A stretch of DNA of 63,467 nucleotides, filler included, from Octopus bimaculoides (taxonomy: Eukaryota): the NCBI RefSeq assembly GCF_001194135.2. It is 4 parts of 3 records of this genome, joined end to end, with 100 filler letters (N's around TTAATTAATTAA, not from the genome) between each part and the next. Parts side by side here need not be neighbours in the genome. Positions count along the whole stretch, not along the records: positions 17,636 to 46,604 come from NC_068982.1; positions 46,705 to 63,467 come from NC_068996.1; 2 more parts are not named here. One strand, given 5' to 3'. Under the pieces are notes generated by a model, which worked only from the letters and a program-made list of their open reading frames with translations, had not been told where the DNA came from and made no database searches. Positions 34,208 through 47,874 of the stretch are shown here, piece by piece. Position numbers and translations under genes: made by a program. How positions within the stretch are numbered: the first letter of the stretch is position 1; each line of letters opens with the position of its first letter.

Positions 34208-37200
34208 AATCATACATGCATACTCATTCACTCTCACAATTAATTTTTTTTTATTAGTTTATTTTGACAGTAAAGATTGTACATTAAGAGTATCAGAGTT
34301 GAGTATTTAAATTAATTATCTTCATTTATGACTAAAACTGACCAAGTGCCAAATAAATATTTCACTTAAATACACGCCAAGTTCATAGATTATTTTAGAT
34401 ATAGATTAAAGTAAAAATGGAAAAGCAAAACGTTTGGCATCACTTGAATAAGTCAGTTTTCCATTTAGTTTTAGTAGTAAACCTATCGCCGAAAAAAACT
34501 CCTTATATATTCTAGATTATTTTAGGTTATCTCCCTTGGACCAATTGACCTCCCGGAAAATTTTGAAGCTGTCCTTTTAAGTTTCAGATATTTAATGTAA
34601 AGCAATGTAATAATAATAATAAAAGAAACAAAACATAAACAACAACAAAACTTTTGACTAATCTCATAACAGTTATCTTATTGGATTATGGTTTTTGTGC
34701 TGAATATGTAACTTGAGAAATCAAAATGGGTAACGGTTTAGTTGTGCAAATTGCTCCCAGTACTTACATTTTTATTAAAAAAACAAAAATCTAGTACTTG
34801 TTATATTGGTTACTTTTGTTGAACCGGTGAGTTATGAGGACGTAAACAAACCAGCACTGATTGTCTAGCTGGGATGGTACACACACACAATGACATATAT
34901 ATATATATCTATCTTTATATATATAATACAAATAATAAATGAGTATATGCATATATACGTACATGTATGTACATACTTACATCTACTTGTATATATAGAT
35001 GCATATCTGGGTACAGGACATTGCAAACAAAGCGTATATATATATAACAGTAGGGTAAAAAAATTGGATATTAATTAATATCAATTTAATACCAGGGAAC
35101 AAGCACATTAAAAGAATCATGGAGATTCAGAAAAAATATCTGAGATGTCAAAGGATTATTGTATATGTATANNNNNNNNNNNNNNNNNNNNNNNNNNNNN
35201 NNNNNNNNNNNNNNNNNNNNNNNNNNNNNNNNNNNNNNNNNNNNNNNNNNNGTGGACTGTGATCTTCTTCTAGCACAATAACAGTCCACCTAGTGGTCTC
35301 CTTTATATATATATGAATACGATGGGCTTACATATAATTTCCGTCTACTAAATTCATTGACAAAGCATAAATAGGTCTGGAGCTATAGGTGCCGTGCAGT
35401 GCAACTGAACCCAAAACTACGTGCTTGCAATGCAAACTTCTTAAGCATACAGCCATGTATGAACAGATTTTTGTTTTCGGGGTAGTTTTACAGATATGTG
35501 ACGTTATGTTATTCAGCACTAGGTCAACTCTAATTTATCAAATCTAGAATAAATAGAAAATGTCTGGATATCCACAGCTACATTCTGCAATGTTATTTTT
35601 TAAAGGTAGTAAGGCGTGATTTAAGAGAAATTTGGCTATTATTTCTAGCAGGTCAAATGGCCAGACAAAGTCTCTGTTGAGTAACTGGCCATATGCAATT
35701 TTAGGGAAATAATATTCAAATTAGCGAAAATTTTAGTTTGGCAGATAGCCATATTTGTTGGTCTTTTAAACGCGTACATTAGCATTTATAGGTACACCAC
35801 AAAGTTGTTTATCGGTGCTGCGTAAGTGAACAAGTTACGTAAACATCGTAAAATAAGTAAAATAATATCGTCTTTTGTGAGTCTTCCATATCTTGTCTAC
35901 ATCTTTAATCCAAATTTTAACTCACTTGAAATTAAAGACCTTTGGTTGTAGGACAGGTTCAGGAAAACCTCTAATATATATATCATACTGAAATTTTAAA
36001 AAATCAAAGGGGATTAAACGTCTGTGATATCTGTTGTGATATAAGGTGATAAAGTTGTATTAAAGAATATTTTATGCATCGCATAAGGGGCTCTCGCAAT
36101 TCGTCATCTATTTACATCTTACCTTGACTGAGTTGCTGTACAGTGAATTGTAATTGACTGGAGTATATAAACGTTAGTTTTTAATCATAGCGTTGGCACT
36201 ACACATCGGATCTTTTATCTGTGTCAGTTATTGGAATGCGGCCATGCTGGGGCACCGCCTTGACGTGTTTAGTCAAGCAAATTGGTTGCAGAGAACAAAC
36301 ACAAAGACATATACGACCGGCTTCCACACAGTTTCCAATTATGAAATTTATTCAAAAAGTATTAGAAAACATGCCGAGCAGTGGGAGTGAATCCAAAAAG
36401 CACGTTTTTGTTGAGCGTTCTTAGCACAGTCATACCTGCACCCAGGATATTTTTTGTGAAATACATTTTAAATAACGTAGTGTTACTGTCGCAAAAATTA
36501 GACGCTTTAGTTAAGATTAACATAAATATAATTTATACAAGGAGCATTACTAATCGAACTGGTTGTAATTTGTGATGAAAGAAAGAAAAAAAAGTGAAAT
36601 GCAAATAATTCTTTTTGGTAAGTATGGGAGACAACTATGGACATGATTTGGTTGTTTTAATTGATTATCCCCTCCCCATCTCTCTCATAATTTGTTCATT
36701 TATACTTTAAAGTTGAGAAAAAAATGACCTAAAGCATATATAAGCACAAATACCTTTCCTTCAACTATGGAATACAAGAAAGGCATGGTTATAATTTGAT
36801 ACGCAGGATTCGAAATCTGAACTGTACTCTCGATGCTTTTGATTTTTCTTATCCATTTGACTTAATTATTAGGTGCAGAGTAGCATCTTGGCATCTAATA
36901 GCCAACTCCTCTTGGTATATCTCAAGGAAATACAATGCACACCAGTGTTGTGAGTTTAACCAATTTTATTCTGTGATACGTCCACTGAGTCGAGTTTTGA
37001 AACCTGGTATGAATTTCCGGTTGTAGCTATTAAACATCGTTGTTACCAATGCCCTTCCCCACCCCCAAAACATGCACTACATTGAAGTTGTTGGGACGTT
37101 AATTAAAGAGTATATCCACGAAGGAATTTGTCAATCAGTAAAGGGAATTGCGAATTCCCGTGTTGGAAAGAGTTATTTCCCTTGCATTATATTAGGCACT

Positions 37201-37612
37201 TATTTTTTTGATGACCGCAACCGGAAACGTTAAATAGAAAAGTCTATTATTTTGTAAGACTTTTACGTTAAGATTTTCCCTATCATAGAAATTATTTCCT
37301 TCTAGAACTCAAAAATATTCTTTTTCGATGTTAAATTAATTCATAAAAAATTGAATATAATAGTTTAACGATAGAAAATATGAAATAAAATATGTACATT
37401 AAATCTAAAATATCTCTTCGGGGGTATTTATAACGCACTGTTACCCGCGCTATAAAAGAGAGGACACAAATTACTTTTTTATCAGATGTACGTATAAAGG
37501 ATTCGCAACGATTTAATTGTATTTCTCATAGTGGCACAGCTAAAAATTCTGGGAGTGGGGGGATATAGTCAATTAAATAGATAAAATCCTACAATTAATA
37601 CTTAATTTATTC

Positions 37613-37897
37613 ATCATCATCGTTTAACGTCCGCTTTTCATGCTAGCATGGGTTGGACGATTTGGCCGAGGACTGGTGAACCACATGGCTACACCAGGTT
37701 CCAATCTGATTTGGCAGAGTTTCTACAGCTGGATGCCCTTCCTAACGCCAACCACTCAGAGAGTGTAGTGGGTGCTTTTACGTGTCACTGGCACGAAGGC
37801 CAGTCAGAAGGTACTGGCAACGGCCACGCTCGAAATGGTGTATTTTACGTACCACCTGCACGGGAGCCAGTCCAGGGGTACTGGCAACGAACTCGCT
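37613..37897 (-). mobile_element. RTE LINE 3'UTR fragment or RTE-tailed SINE
   Basis: Minus strand GGCGTTAGGAAGGGCATCCAGCTGTAG..AACCCATGCTAGCATG..GGACGTTAAACGATGATGATG, same tail as 31780-32162. Confidence 0.75.
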
Positions 37898-38360
37898 AAT
37901 ATATTGAAACAGCGAATTGTATAAAAAATTATTAAAATATTTTGTGTATTGTAGAAGTATAACCAATTTATTGCACATAAATTTTAACAAGAAAATCTTA
38001 TCTGGATCCTTCTTGAGAACCACTGATGTAATTGATGTATGGTTATGGTGAGTGGTTATGGTGCTGGGCTGCTGACTACAAGACCAACAGGTAGAACATG
38101 ACTATAGACACTGACGTCGACGGTGATAATTGTTTCACATGACAGCCAGTGATAAAGTCTCATACTTACGAGTGAAGAAGAAATGAAGTTATGTGGCTTT
38201 CAGGCCTTTCTTAATATGGAAGAGAAGTGAAATGAAATAGTTTTAATGGAGTTTCAAAAGCAAGGCAAAATTGATCACTCTGTCACACTATAACTGTTTT
38301 AATTCTTTTTGCCTTTCTTACTACTACTACTACTACTACTACTACTAATAATAATAATAA

Positions 38361-39109
38361 TCCTTTCTACTATAGGCACAGGTCCTGAAATTTGGGGGGG
38401 GGGCAGGTTTCAAGTCAATTACATCGACCCAAGTACTCAACTGGTACTTAATTTATTGATCCCAAAAGGATGAAAAGCAAAGTCGACCTCGCTGGAACTT
38501 GAACTCAGAATGTAGCAACAGGAGAAGGACCGCTAAGCATCTTGCCTGACGTGCTAACGATTCTGCCAGCTTGCCTGCCACCTTACTACTACTAATAATA
38601 ATGGTTTCAAATTTTGGCACAAGGCCAGCGATTGTGGTTGGGGGGTGGGGGCACAAGTCAATTAGATCGACCCCCAGTGCTCAACTGGTACTTATTTTAT
38701 CAATCCTCAAAGGATGAAAGGCAAAGTCAAAGTCAACAGAATTTGAATTCAGAATTCAGAATGTAAAGACGGATGAAAAGACACTAAGCATTTTGCCTGG
38801 TGTGCTAACAATTCTGCCAATTCACTGCCTTAACCCATTACTTCCCATAATTCTATTAACTGGAATTGTTTTATGAAACTTTGATTTCTAGTATAAAACA
38901 GCCTTAGAAACATGCTGGAATGATCAAAATAACATTTTAAATGGAAATAAGCAAGATATTGGGTGAAAAATTAGCAAACCTCATTTGAATATCAGAGAAA
39001 TATATCTAGTAGATATAGCAAAAAGGTTAGATATGTGTAAATATTGACAGATAATTACGAAATTTGTAATTTTTAAGTGATCTCATATGAGATCACTGGT
39101 AGGTAGTGG

Positions 39110-39143
<34 letters not shown>

Positions 39144-39722
39144 GTTTTAAAGTTTGGTACAAGGTCAGCAGTTTCAGAGAAGGGGCTAAGCTGATTGCAT
39201 TAATCACAGTACTCAATTGGTACTTATTTTATCGACACAGAAAAAAGGTGAAAGGTAAAGTTGACCATGGCAAAATTTGAACTCAGAATGTGCAGATGGA
39301 CAAAATGCCACTAAGCATTTTGCCTGACATGCTAACATTGCTGCCAGCTTGCTGCCTTAATATTAATATTAATAATAATAATAATAATAAACAACTGGGA
39401 ATGCATACAATGAGTTTCTCTGCCCTAGGTGTACGGAAAACACTTGGCAAGAAATGGAAGAAAATTTGAAGAAAGAAAAAACAACAACATAATAATAATA
39501 ATAATAATAATAATAATCATTATCATCATCAAATTTTAGCACAAGGCCTGCAATTTTGGGGTGGAGTAAGTCAATTACAATGAACCCCAATGCTTAACTG
39601 GCACTTATTTTATCAACCCTGAAAAGTTGAAAGGCAAAATCGACCTCAGTGGAATTTGAGCTCAGATGAAATGCTGCTAAGTATGTTGTTGGCCTGCTAA
39701 TGATTTTGTCAGTGACAAAGCT
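38361..39722 (-). mobile_element. Four same-orientation SINE family B copies (38361-38584, 38601-38831, 39141-39358, ~39528-39722) associated with (AAT)n/(ACT)n tracts
   Basis: Repeated AGTACTCAACTGGTACTTA..GAAAGGCAAAGTCGACCTC..GAATTTGAACTCAGAA..CTAAGCATTTTGCC..TGCTAAC..CTGCCAGC. Confidence 0.9.
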
Positions 39723-40519
39723 GGAATTTTGAATTACAAGTATAATCCATCTGGGGCTTCCATTCAGTTTCCATCTACCCAATTTCACTCACAGACTATG
39801 AATTTATCTGAGGCATTACAAAATGACATTTACTCAAGATGCCATGCTGTGGAATTGAAACCAAATCTCATGACTGCAAAATGAACTTCTTAACTATTCA
39901 CCCTTACTGTGCCTTGACATACATACATGCATACCTACATCCATATTTACACCTCCATTCTCAAATATGATTTTTGAGTATTTCTAAGTGGCTAAATGAC
40001 TCTTGCTGTAATTGTTTCAGTTTTAACAGACAATCTCAAATTAAGCCACTTACCAAAACAAGTACAACTTGGATATAAATAATATTGCTTGTAGAATTTA
40101 ATAATAAATATACACCGTAAGGGATAAAATGCATATCATGCATGTGTACGATAGAGATTCTTATAACACATTATCTTTTTCAGAAGGAAAACTAGCACAT
40201 ATGACCTATGAAGGAAACTAGCACCTTTTGGGATGAAAGGAAGGAGGGAGGAAGTTAATCACAAACTGAAGAATTGTCTGGTAAGTTTGCAATATAGTCA
40301 GCTCTGCTGAAGGTACCTCAAAACCAGGTGGTGGTGTAAAATCAGCTGATACATTAAGTCAACTACTTATTGGTCTTTTGTGTCCTCACTAAAGAATTCA
40401 TTCTCAATTAGGGTATCTTAGTTAAACATTACTAAAATTTATTCATGGTAAAATCTTCACTCCTCCTCTGGTTGTTTGGTGTTGATACCTTTCACTCTCC
40501 CTATTTACCCACTTGTTGC

Positions 40520-40785
40520 TTTATCATGCTTCAATATCTTTTCTCTCTCGTGCTGGTGCTACAATAAAATGCACCCTGTTGACTGTCAGGTGTGGGGTTG
40601 AGAGATTCCAGACTTGTTTGAAGATAGCAACCTTAGTAGTACCAGTGCCATGAAAAAAAAATACACTAAGTACACTTGGTAAAATGGTTGATGTTAGGAA
40701 GGGCATCAGGCCAAAATGGAACTTAAGAATGAAATGCAGTCCTCTGACCCATTTTGGAAAATGGACATAATATGATGATGATGAT
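40520..40785 (+). mobile_element. Degenerate RTE 3'UTR-type fragment
   Basis: GATGTTAGGAAGGGCATCAG core and (TGA)n tail. Confidence 0.55.
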
Positions 40786-41522
40786 ACATATATTATACAT
40801 ACACATATGAAAAGAAGTACAATGGGCATGAAGTTACATGCATATTACAGATATTGCATTGTTCCTTTGTCTGCTTAGCTAACAACAGGTCCCACTCCCA
40901 CTTCATGGTTGAGTGTTTAGCAATAGGACAGGCACTCAGCTGTTAAAGAACATGACAAAAGATTTACTATAGGAAAATATCTATACAACCCACTCCATCC
41001 TTTCTGGCAGGTTAACATGAATAGTAAATTGTTAAAAGGGAAACCATATAGTTTCTAGGGTATATATATAATCATTATTATCATTACTATTATATTTATA
41101 CATTTAAATCAAGCCATTTAGCTCATTCCTGATTAACTATATGTGTCTGTACAGTCACATCAAAATATTTAAATGAGAATTGTGTATTTCTTCATTATTT
41201 TGTTAAAAGACATTTACACATTTTCTTAGGAGCAAGAATTTTTGGTTCTATGCTCTTCCTATTGCTGAATATTCATTCCTTCAAGAAGTAGGAGTGGAAC
41301 TTGTTAGCAAGACAGATGGAAAAAAAGGAAAGGTAAACCAAGGACACACAACAAGGTTTTGAATTTATGTTTATTTGGTTAACAGTACAGAAACTTAACT
41401 TCACAGCAGTTGCTATACTTCTTCAATTGGATAAATATTTCCTCTTGAATAGCAGCCAGAGTAATTTCAAAATAGCAAGATACAGTACCACTTAATGAGC
41501 AAAAGTCATCTGGAGTATAAAA

Positions 41523-41604
<82 letters not shown>

Positions 41605-41842
41605 GTATGCATGTATACATACACTCATCTGTGAGTGGACAAACGCATACCTGGATAATTTATACATGTAATATTAACAAACACATGCACATGTGCAGTT
41701 TTACTACTAAATGTTAGTAGTAAGGCCTCATTTGTAAGTATGTTTTATATAAAAGTCTGAGATTATGGGTAATGATTTATTGCTTTAATATTGAAGTTTA
41801 ATCATGCATTGATGGATGAAAGATTAACACAGAGGAAAATAT

Positions 41843-42907
41843 TTAGAAAGTAATTGATTGAAGATTTTTTCTACATAATAACTCTACATCTTTCAAACAA
41901 ATGTATTCTTGAATGACTCTAGGGATAGCTTGTGGAAACTTCTCAAAGGATATACTTACAGAACATGTGAGTGTTTTACGGTAGGCACAGCGACAAAGAT
42001 GATGTAGAGAAGGAACAGTTTTAGATGTCATTACACACCAACTGCTGAGATAAGGGTCCACTCTAGAGATATAATCAATATACTGAGTTGACCAATGCCA
42101 ACCAGATGCAGTGGCATATAATGCTAATTTCTTAGACACATGTAGTTTGTTTTGTTTATCATGCCAATGAGATTCCAAGTAATATTTCATGGAATTCACA
42201 ATTGGTACAAGTTCTGAGCCACTGCATTCACATAATAGTTTGATTGTAAATTTGGAAAGTGTTGTAAAAATATCATCCATTGGCCCTTCAAAAACTGGTT
42301 GGTGTCGGTGTAGCTGCAGGAGAAGAAGCTCATGAAATTTGCACGATGTGCAATACTTGATTGCTATTTCAGAAAGTTGGTTAATGAAGTCAGTGTTTCC
42401 ATATTTCAAAGCAGTTCTTACCACGTACAACATGGCATCTTTGCAGATGGGATCAAAGCTAGTTGACATAAGAATTTTGATGATTTCCCAATAGTTCACA
42501 TTATCTTCAACTTCTGTACATTGATTGTAGGCATAGATTAGTGCAATATCAAAAGTAGAACAATTTTTTATATTCAGTTTATTCTTATCACAAGATGGCT
42601 GGTTGATGAGTGTTTTCACCTGATTAGTATGTCCCAAACGAACAGCCAGTATTAATGCTGTTTCATTGTTGTCATTTAGTGGTATATTCAAGTCAATATT
42701 GGTATCCATTAGCTGCTGTAGTTCACTGCAATCATCCATTACGATAGCTTGAAGTAGGTTATCTGTTGCTTGATCTGATGGGATGTGTTGCTTGTGATTA
42801 TTATTTAAACTCTGTTGTTCCTGCCAGGGAGGCTCCGTTGGAAGTGTACACGATGTTAATACATGCTTTGGAACACAACTGTACCACTGAGATGTGTTAT
42901 TACCCAT
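41843..42907 (-). CDS. Ankyrin-repeat and SOCS-box (ASB-like) protein, 354 aa, single coding exon, MGNNTS N-terminus
   Basis: Ankyrin motif NETALILAVRLGHTNQVKTLI with flanking degenerate repeats. C-terminal SOCS box VPSLHHLCRCAYRKTL..IPRVIQEYI. Splice acceptor TTTACATTCTAG| 31 nt upstream of the ATG (exon start 42938). Confidence 0.85.
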   Translation of the reverse strand: MGNNTSQWYSCVPKHVLTSCTLPTEPPWQEQQSLNNNHKQHIPSDQATDNLLQAIVMDDCSELQQLMDTNIDLNIPLNDNNETALILAVRLGHTNQVKTLINQPSCDKNKLNIKNCSTFDIALIYAYNQCTEVEDNVNYWEIIKILMSTSFDPICKDAMLYVVRTALKYGNTDFINQLSEIAIKYCTSCKFHELLLLQLHRHQPVFEGPMDDIFTTLSKFTIKLLCECSGSELVPIVNSMKYYLESHWHDKQNKLHVSKKLALYATASGWHWSTQYIDYISRVDPYLSSWCVMTSKTVPSLHHLCRCAYRKTLTCSVSISFEKFPQAIPRVIQEYICLKDVELLCRKNLQSITF

Positions 42908-44237
42908 GTTTCTGAGCTGTCCTGTGATAATGGTTTTCCTAGAATGTAAATCAGTGATTTACACAAGTCATTACATGCAAATAATAATAATAATAATGAT
43001 AATAATAATAATAATAAAGGTGAATGTAAAATTCTTTCAAAATTACTGAGTAATTATTATGAATATTTAAAAAAATAGATAAATAAATAAAACCAGTTAA
43101 TAAGGTTCATTTAGGATATTATCATTTTCGAAGTATAGGATAACATAGTTTTCTAAAGTAATTTTTAACACTATTTTAAATATTATCAGAAATATATGAA
43201 GGAAAAAAATATATTCTTCCGGTAGTTATATGCAAATTATTATTTATTAATTATTTTTTACTGAATTAATAACATAATCCCTCAGCAAGATTGGACAGAA
43301 TTAAATTTATAACTTTGAAAGAAAATTTAGTAGAAATAAACAATAATCTCTTTCTTTTCAAAAAATAAAGTCAAACACAGGAACAAAGGAAATATACAGT
43401 TTTAATAGTAAAGATACGTTTGAAGCGAAGCAAACAACACAACAATAATAGATTGCATTACGAAATAAAAACGAAAACAAAAACTAACTAAAAGACAAAC
43501 AAAAAAATCGAATTTCGGTTAGTAAGCAACACTACAACAACAATATAGATTATGGCAGTGCTCCGTTTATACGAAATTTATCGAAACACTTTTCAAACGA
43601 AGCATTTTCGTCTGTATTTTTGTAAATATTAAATCTGTTTTTGTTTAAATATATTTGTGATCGACGCTGTTTCTTGTTTCAGCATTGGCAGTTAGTAGAT
43701 ATATATATATAATATATAAAGCAATAAGTCAGTAGACAGACACAACCAAAAAATACACACACTCACAAATTACAAAGGAATGTTATATGCTTTTTCTATG
43801 CCTTCCTTTTTTTTTTGAGGTGGAATGAGTGATCTGGTCTTTTAGGATATATATACATATATGTTTAAATAGTTTTATAAGGATGCAAAAATACGAAGAA
43901 AACGTAAGTCATGTGAAACAGAACCCGACAAACTGACGGTGTCGACTAAAATATTACCCAGTTATTAATATACCTTAATATTACCACCGTATTAATTGAA
44001 AAAAAGAACATTTTCCCCCCGCTTTTCCTCTTCCCTCCAATGAGAAGAGATAAGGCTTTGATTTTTTAAGAAAGGAAGCATGAAGTATTTTTTAAATATA
44101 TAAAATAAAACAGTAGGAATGTTATTTTCTCTATACAACAAATAATTCTTTAAATTGATGGGAATATGCAAATAATTTGTAACTAATAAATGAAATGAAT
44201 AATAGAGGTGAATAATATGATATTAAAGTTGCATAAG

Positions 44238-44578
44238 TGGAGGCGCAATGGCCCAGTGGTTAGGGCAGTGGACTCGTGGTCATAGGATCGCGGTTTCGAT
44301 TCCCAGACCTGGCGTTGTGAGTGTTTATTGAGCGAAAACACCTAAAGCTCCACGGGGCTCCGGCAGGGGATGGTGGCGAACCCTGCTGTACTCTTTCACC
44401 ACAACTTTCTCTCACTCTTACTGCCTGCAATTCAAAGGGTCAGCCTTGTCACACTGTGTCACGCTGAATATCACGGAGAACTACGTTGAGGGTACACGTG
44501 TCTGTGGAGTGCTTAGCCACTTGCACGTTAATTTCACGAGCAGGCTGTTCCGTTGATCGGATCAACTGGAGTGTCACG
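44238..44578 (+). mobile_element. tRNA-derived SINE (family C) with 13-bp TSD
   Basis: A-box TGGCCCAGTGG, B-box GGTTTCGATTCC, TSD AAAGTTGCATAAG at 44225-44237 and 44579-44591. Confidence 0.9.
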
Positions 44579-46314
44579 AAAGTTGCATAAGGTTAAGCAA
44601 TTGACAAATAAACATAANNNNNNNNNNNNNNNNNNNNNNNNNNNNNNNNNNNNNNNNNNNNNNNNNNNNNNNNNNNNNNNNNNNNNNNNNNNNNNNNNNN
44701 NNNNNNNNNNNNNNNNNNNNNNNNNNNNNNNNNNNNNNNNNNNNNNNNNNNNNNNNNNNNNNNNNNNNNNNNNNNNNNNNNNNNNNNNNNNNNNNNNNNN
44801 NNNNNNNNNNNNNNNNNNNNNNNNNNNNNNNNNNNNNNNNNNNNNNNNNNNNNNNNNNNNNNNNNNNNNNNNNNNNNNNNNNNNNNNNNNNNNNNNNNNN
44901 NNNNNNNNNNNNNNNNNNNNNNNNNNNNNNNNNNNNNNNNNNNNNNNNNNNNNNNNNNNNNNNNNNNNNNNNNNNNNNNNNNNNNNNNNNNNNNNNNNNN
45001 NNNNNNNNNNNNNNNNNNNNNNNNNNNNNNNNNNNNNNNNNNNNNNNNNNNNNNNNNNNNNNNNNNNNNNNNNNNNNNNNNNNNNNNNNNNNNNNNNCTC
45101 CGTATCCGAAAATTTTTGTAAAATTTTTTTTTTCATAATTTTTTTTTTTGTCAAAATATGCGGAAAAACACGGTGATTATGATTCTGAAACAAATTTCCC
45201 CCAATTTTTCTACTTAGGGTTAGGGTTACGGAAAAAAAAAGTGAAAATATAAATGAAGAAATTGGAGGCGGGGAATTTCAAAACTCCGATTTCTTTTACA
45301 ATTTTCCGGAATCTCCGTATCCGAAAACATGGGTCTTTGAAAAAAAAAAAAAAAAAAAAAAAAATTTGCGAGAAAATGTGGGGACGGAGGACGGAAGTCT
45401 TTCCAATATTTTCTAGTAAAATATTATTTTATCAGATCCAGTAAGCGATACAAGAAATATTGATAATTTAAGATAAGGTGATTACATTTGGGAAAACTGA
45501 TTTTTATTTGTTACATAAAGAAAACAATTTTTTCTTTGTCATAGAAGCTAATTAAATTTATGCTCACTAGCCTGTATTTGTTAATTTATTTTCTACCTAT
45601 TTTCCCAGATATGCTCATTTTCGATATCTATCTATCTATCTATCTATCTATCTGATGAATGTGTGCATGTAAACGTGTGCGTTTGTATGCACCCCCCGCA
45701 CACAGACAGACAGACACACGCACACACACACACGCGCGCATGGCCTATAAAAAGGTAGGGAGAGGCAAGGATTGATTCATTACTATCTGCTGAGCTTCTC
45801 CCTAAAAAAGGCTCAGCACCGTTTTAATTTTGAAAGGACCTCGCTATCACCACCTTGTCAAATTTCTCTGGGAGGCCTTCTGTATATGTGTGTGTGCGTT
45901 TAAACACACACACACATGTATCGGGTTTCGGTTTCTACGTCGTATATTCCAGTTGTTTGATCAACTGAACTGCATAGTCATTGAATTACAGCGTTCCCTG
46001 TTTACTCCTCTGTCACTTGTTCTCTAAACATAATCCAAACGCAGAATCGCGCAACACAGATGTAAACTCAATCTGTGTCTACTAATTTCACTCAATAAGG
46101 CTTGGAATGATCCGAGGTCTTAGTAAAAGCACACTTGTCCGAGATGGCACATAACAGGATTGAATCGGTGCTCTTACGATTGTGAAGTAAACTTCTTAAT
46201 CATTCGACCATTCTCTAGTCTCTAGTCTTGTAGACCGACTCGAAACTGGTACTCTCACAGAAAGCAAATCTTCAATATTCAATTATTTACACCGTTTACC
46301 AATCTTCTGTAATT

Positions 46315-46525
46315 TGATTTCAAATTTTTGTCACAAGGGCAGCTTGGGACAGGGTATAAAGTCGATTACATCAACCCCAGTGCGTAACTAGAACTTATTT
46401 AATCGACCCTGAAAGGATGAAAAGCAAAGTCAACCTCGGCGGAATTTGAACTCAGAACGTAGCAGCAGACGAAATACCGCCAAGCATTTCGCCCTGCGTG
46501 CTAACGATTATGCCAGCTTATCGCC

Positions 46526-46527
<2 letters not shown>
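46315..46527 (-). mobile_element. SINE family B copy abutting (AAT)n
   Basis: GTCGATTACATCAACCCCAG..GAAAGGATGAAAAGCAAAGTCAACCTCGGCGGAATTTGAACTCAGAACG..TCGCCTT. Confidence 0.85.

Positions 46528-46604
<77 letters not shown>
46528..46604. repeat. (AAT)n microsatellite
   Basis: Pure AAT run up to the spacer. Confidence 0.95.
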
Positions 46605-46704
46605 NNNNNNNNNNNNNNNNNNNNNNNNNNNNNNNNNNNNNNNNNNNNTTAATTAATTAANNNNNNNNNNNNNNNNNNNNNNNNNNNNNNNNNNNNNNNN
46701 NNNN
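46605..46704. other. Artificial assembly spacer N44-TTAATTAATTAA-N44
   Basis: 12-mer at 46649-46660 between two 44-N runs. Confidence 0.95.
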
Positions 46705-47621
46705 ATATATATATATATATATATATATAACCAAATTAAAACAGGTTAAAAATCAGATATTAATTAATATCGATTTATTACCAGGAAGCTAGCACATTGA
46801 AAGAATCAGAAAGATTCAGAAAAAATATGAGATCTCAAGGGATTAATGTATATGTTTATATGCTATATGTTAGTGGTCATCGTTATATATAAACATATAT
46901 ATATACCAAATCCACTCTCAAGCTTTAATCATCCCGAGAGTGTAGTAGTAGGAGACAGTTGCCCAAGGTGCTACGCAGTGGGAGTGAACCTGGAACCATG
47001 TGGTCGAGAAACAAGCTTCTTCTCACACAGGCACGCCAGCGCCTAATGTACATATATCATACATATCAGATGTAACATCATTTTTAGGTTTTAATGATTC
47101 TAACTGAACTCTCACCCAGTATCTAATGGAATTTCTAATGAAAGCAAGCATTTCCATTTTAATCTACTTCGCTGGAGCTGGTTTCCAATTCAACAACTAT
47201 TCAGCATTATACAACACTAATTTTTATACCAAGCGGACGTCTAGTAGACGGTGAACTAATGTACATGTAATGATACATACTTCTGAATGCGTGAATATAT
47301 ATATATATATATACATTTATCTGATTATTTATATGTAAATATAGAGTTGTGCATAACTATTGGCTCCATCTTGTGACCAATCTCATAAATAGGAACGAAA
47401 CTTTATACAAGATTCATTGCTAATTGACTGTTCTTAGGACAAGTAGCAGCGTCACATTTAAATCGATCGTACGTGAACAATGAAGCGTACTTTTGCGTCT
47501 GGCAAACATTGACTGAGTAACGCAGAGCCGGTCAACAATTCTTAGTAAAAATATACAATCTTCCCAACATGTAATGTGTGGTCTCTCTCCTTTCGTTTGA
47601 ATTGCATCTATTTTATATATG

Positions 47622-47653
<32 letters not shown>

Positions 47654-47813
47654 GATGGATGCATGCATGTGTGTATGCAAGAATGAATGCATCCATTTAT
47701 GTATGCAGGTATGTATGCATGTGTGTATGTATGTATGTGTTTATGTACGTGTGTGTGTATGTATGCATGTATATGTATGTATGCGCAAAAATATATGCAT
47801 ATATATATATGTG

Positions 47814-47874
<61 letters not shown>

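Noticed and set aside
43883-43903. MQKYE.. resembling the CDK5 N-terminus
   Set aside because: It diverges after five residues (EEN versus KLEKIGEG), and no kinase exons follow.
45214-45228. TTAGGGTTAGGGTTA as an interstitial telomere
   Set aside because: Only 2.5 units, inside a dispersed repeat related to sequences at ~29935 and ~30896.
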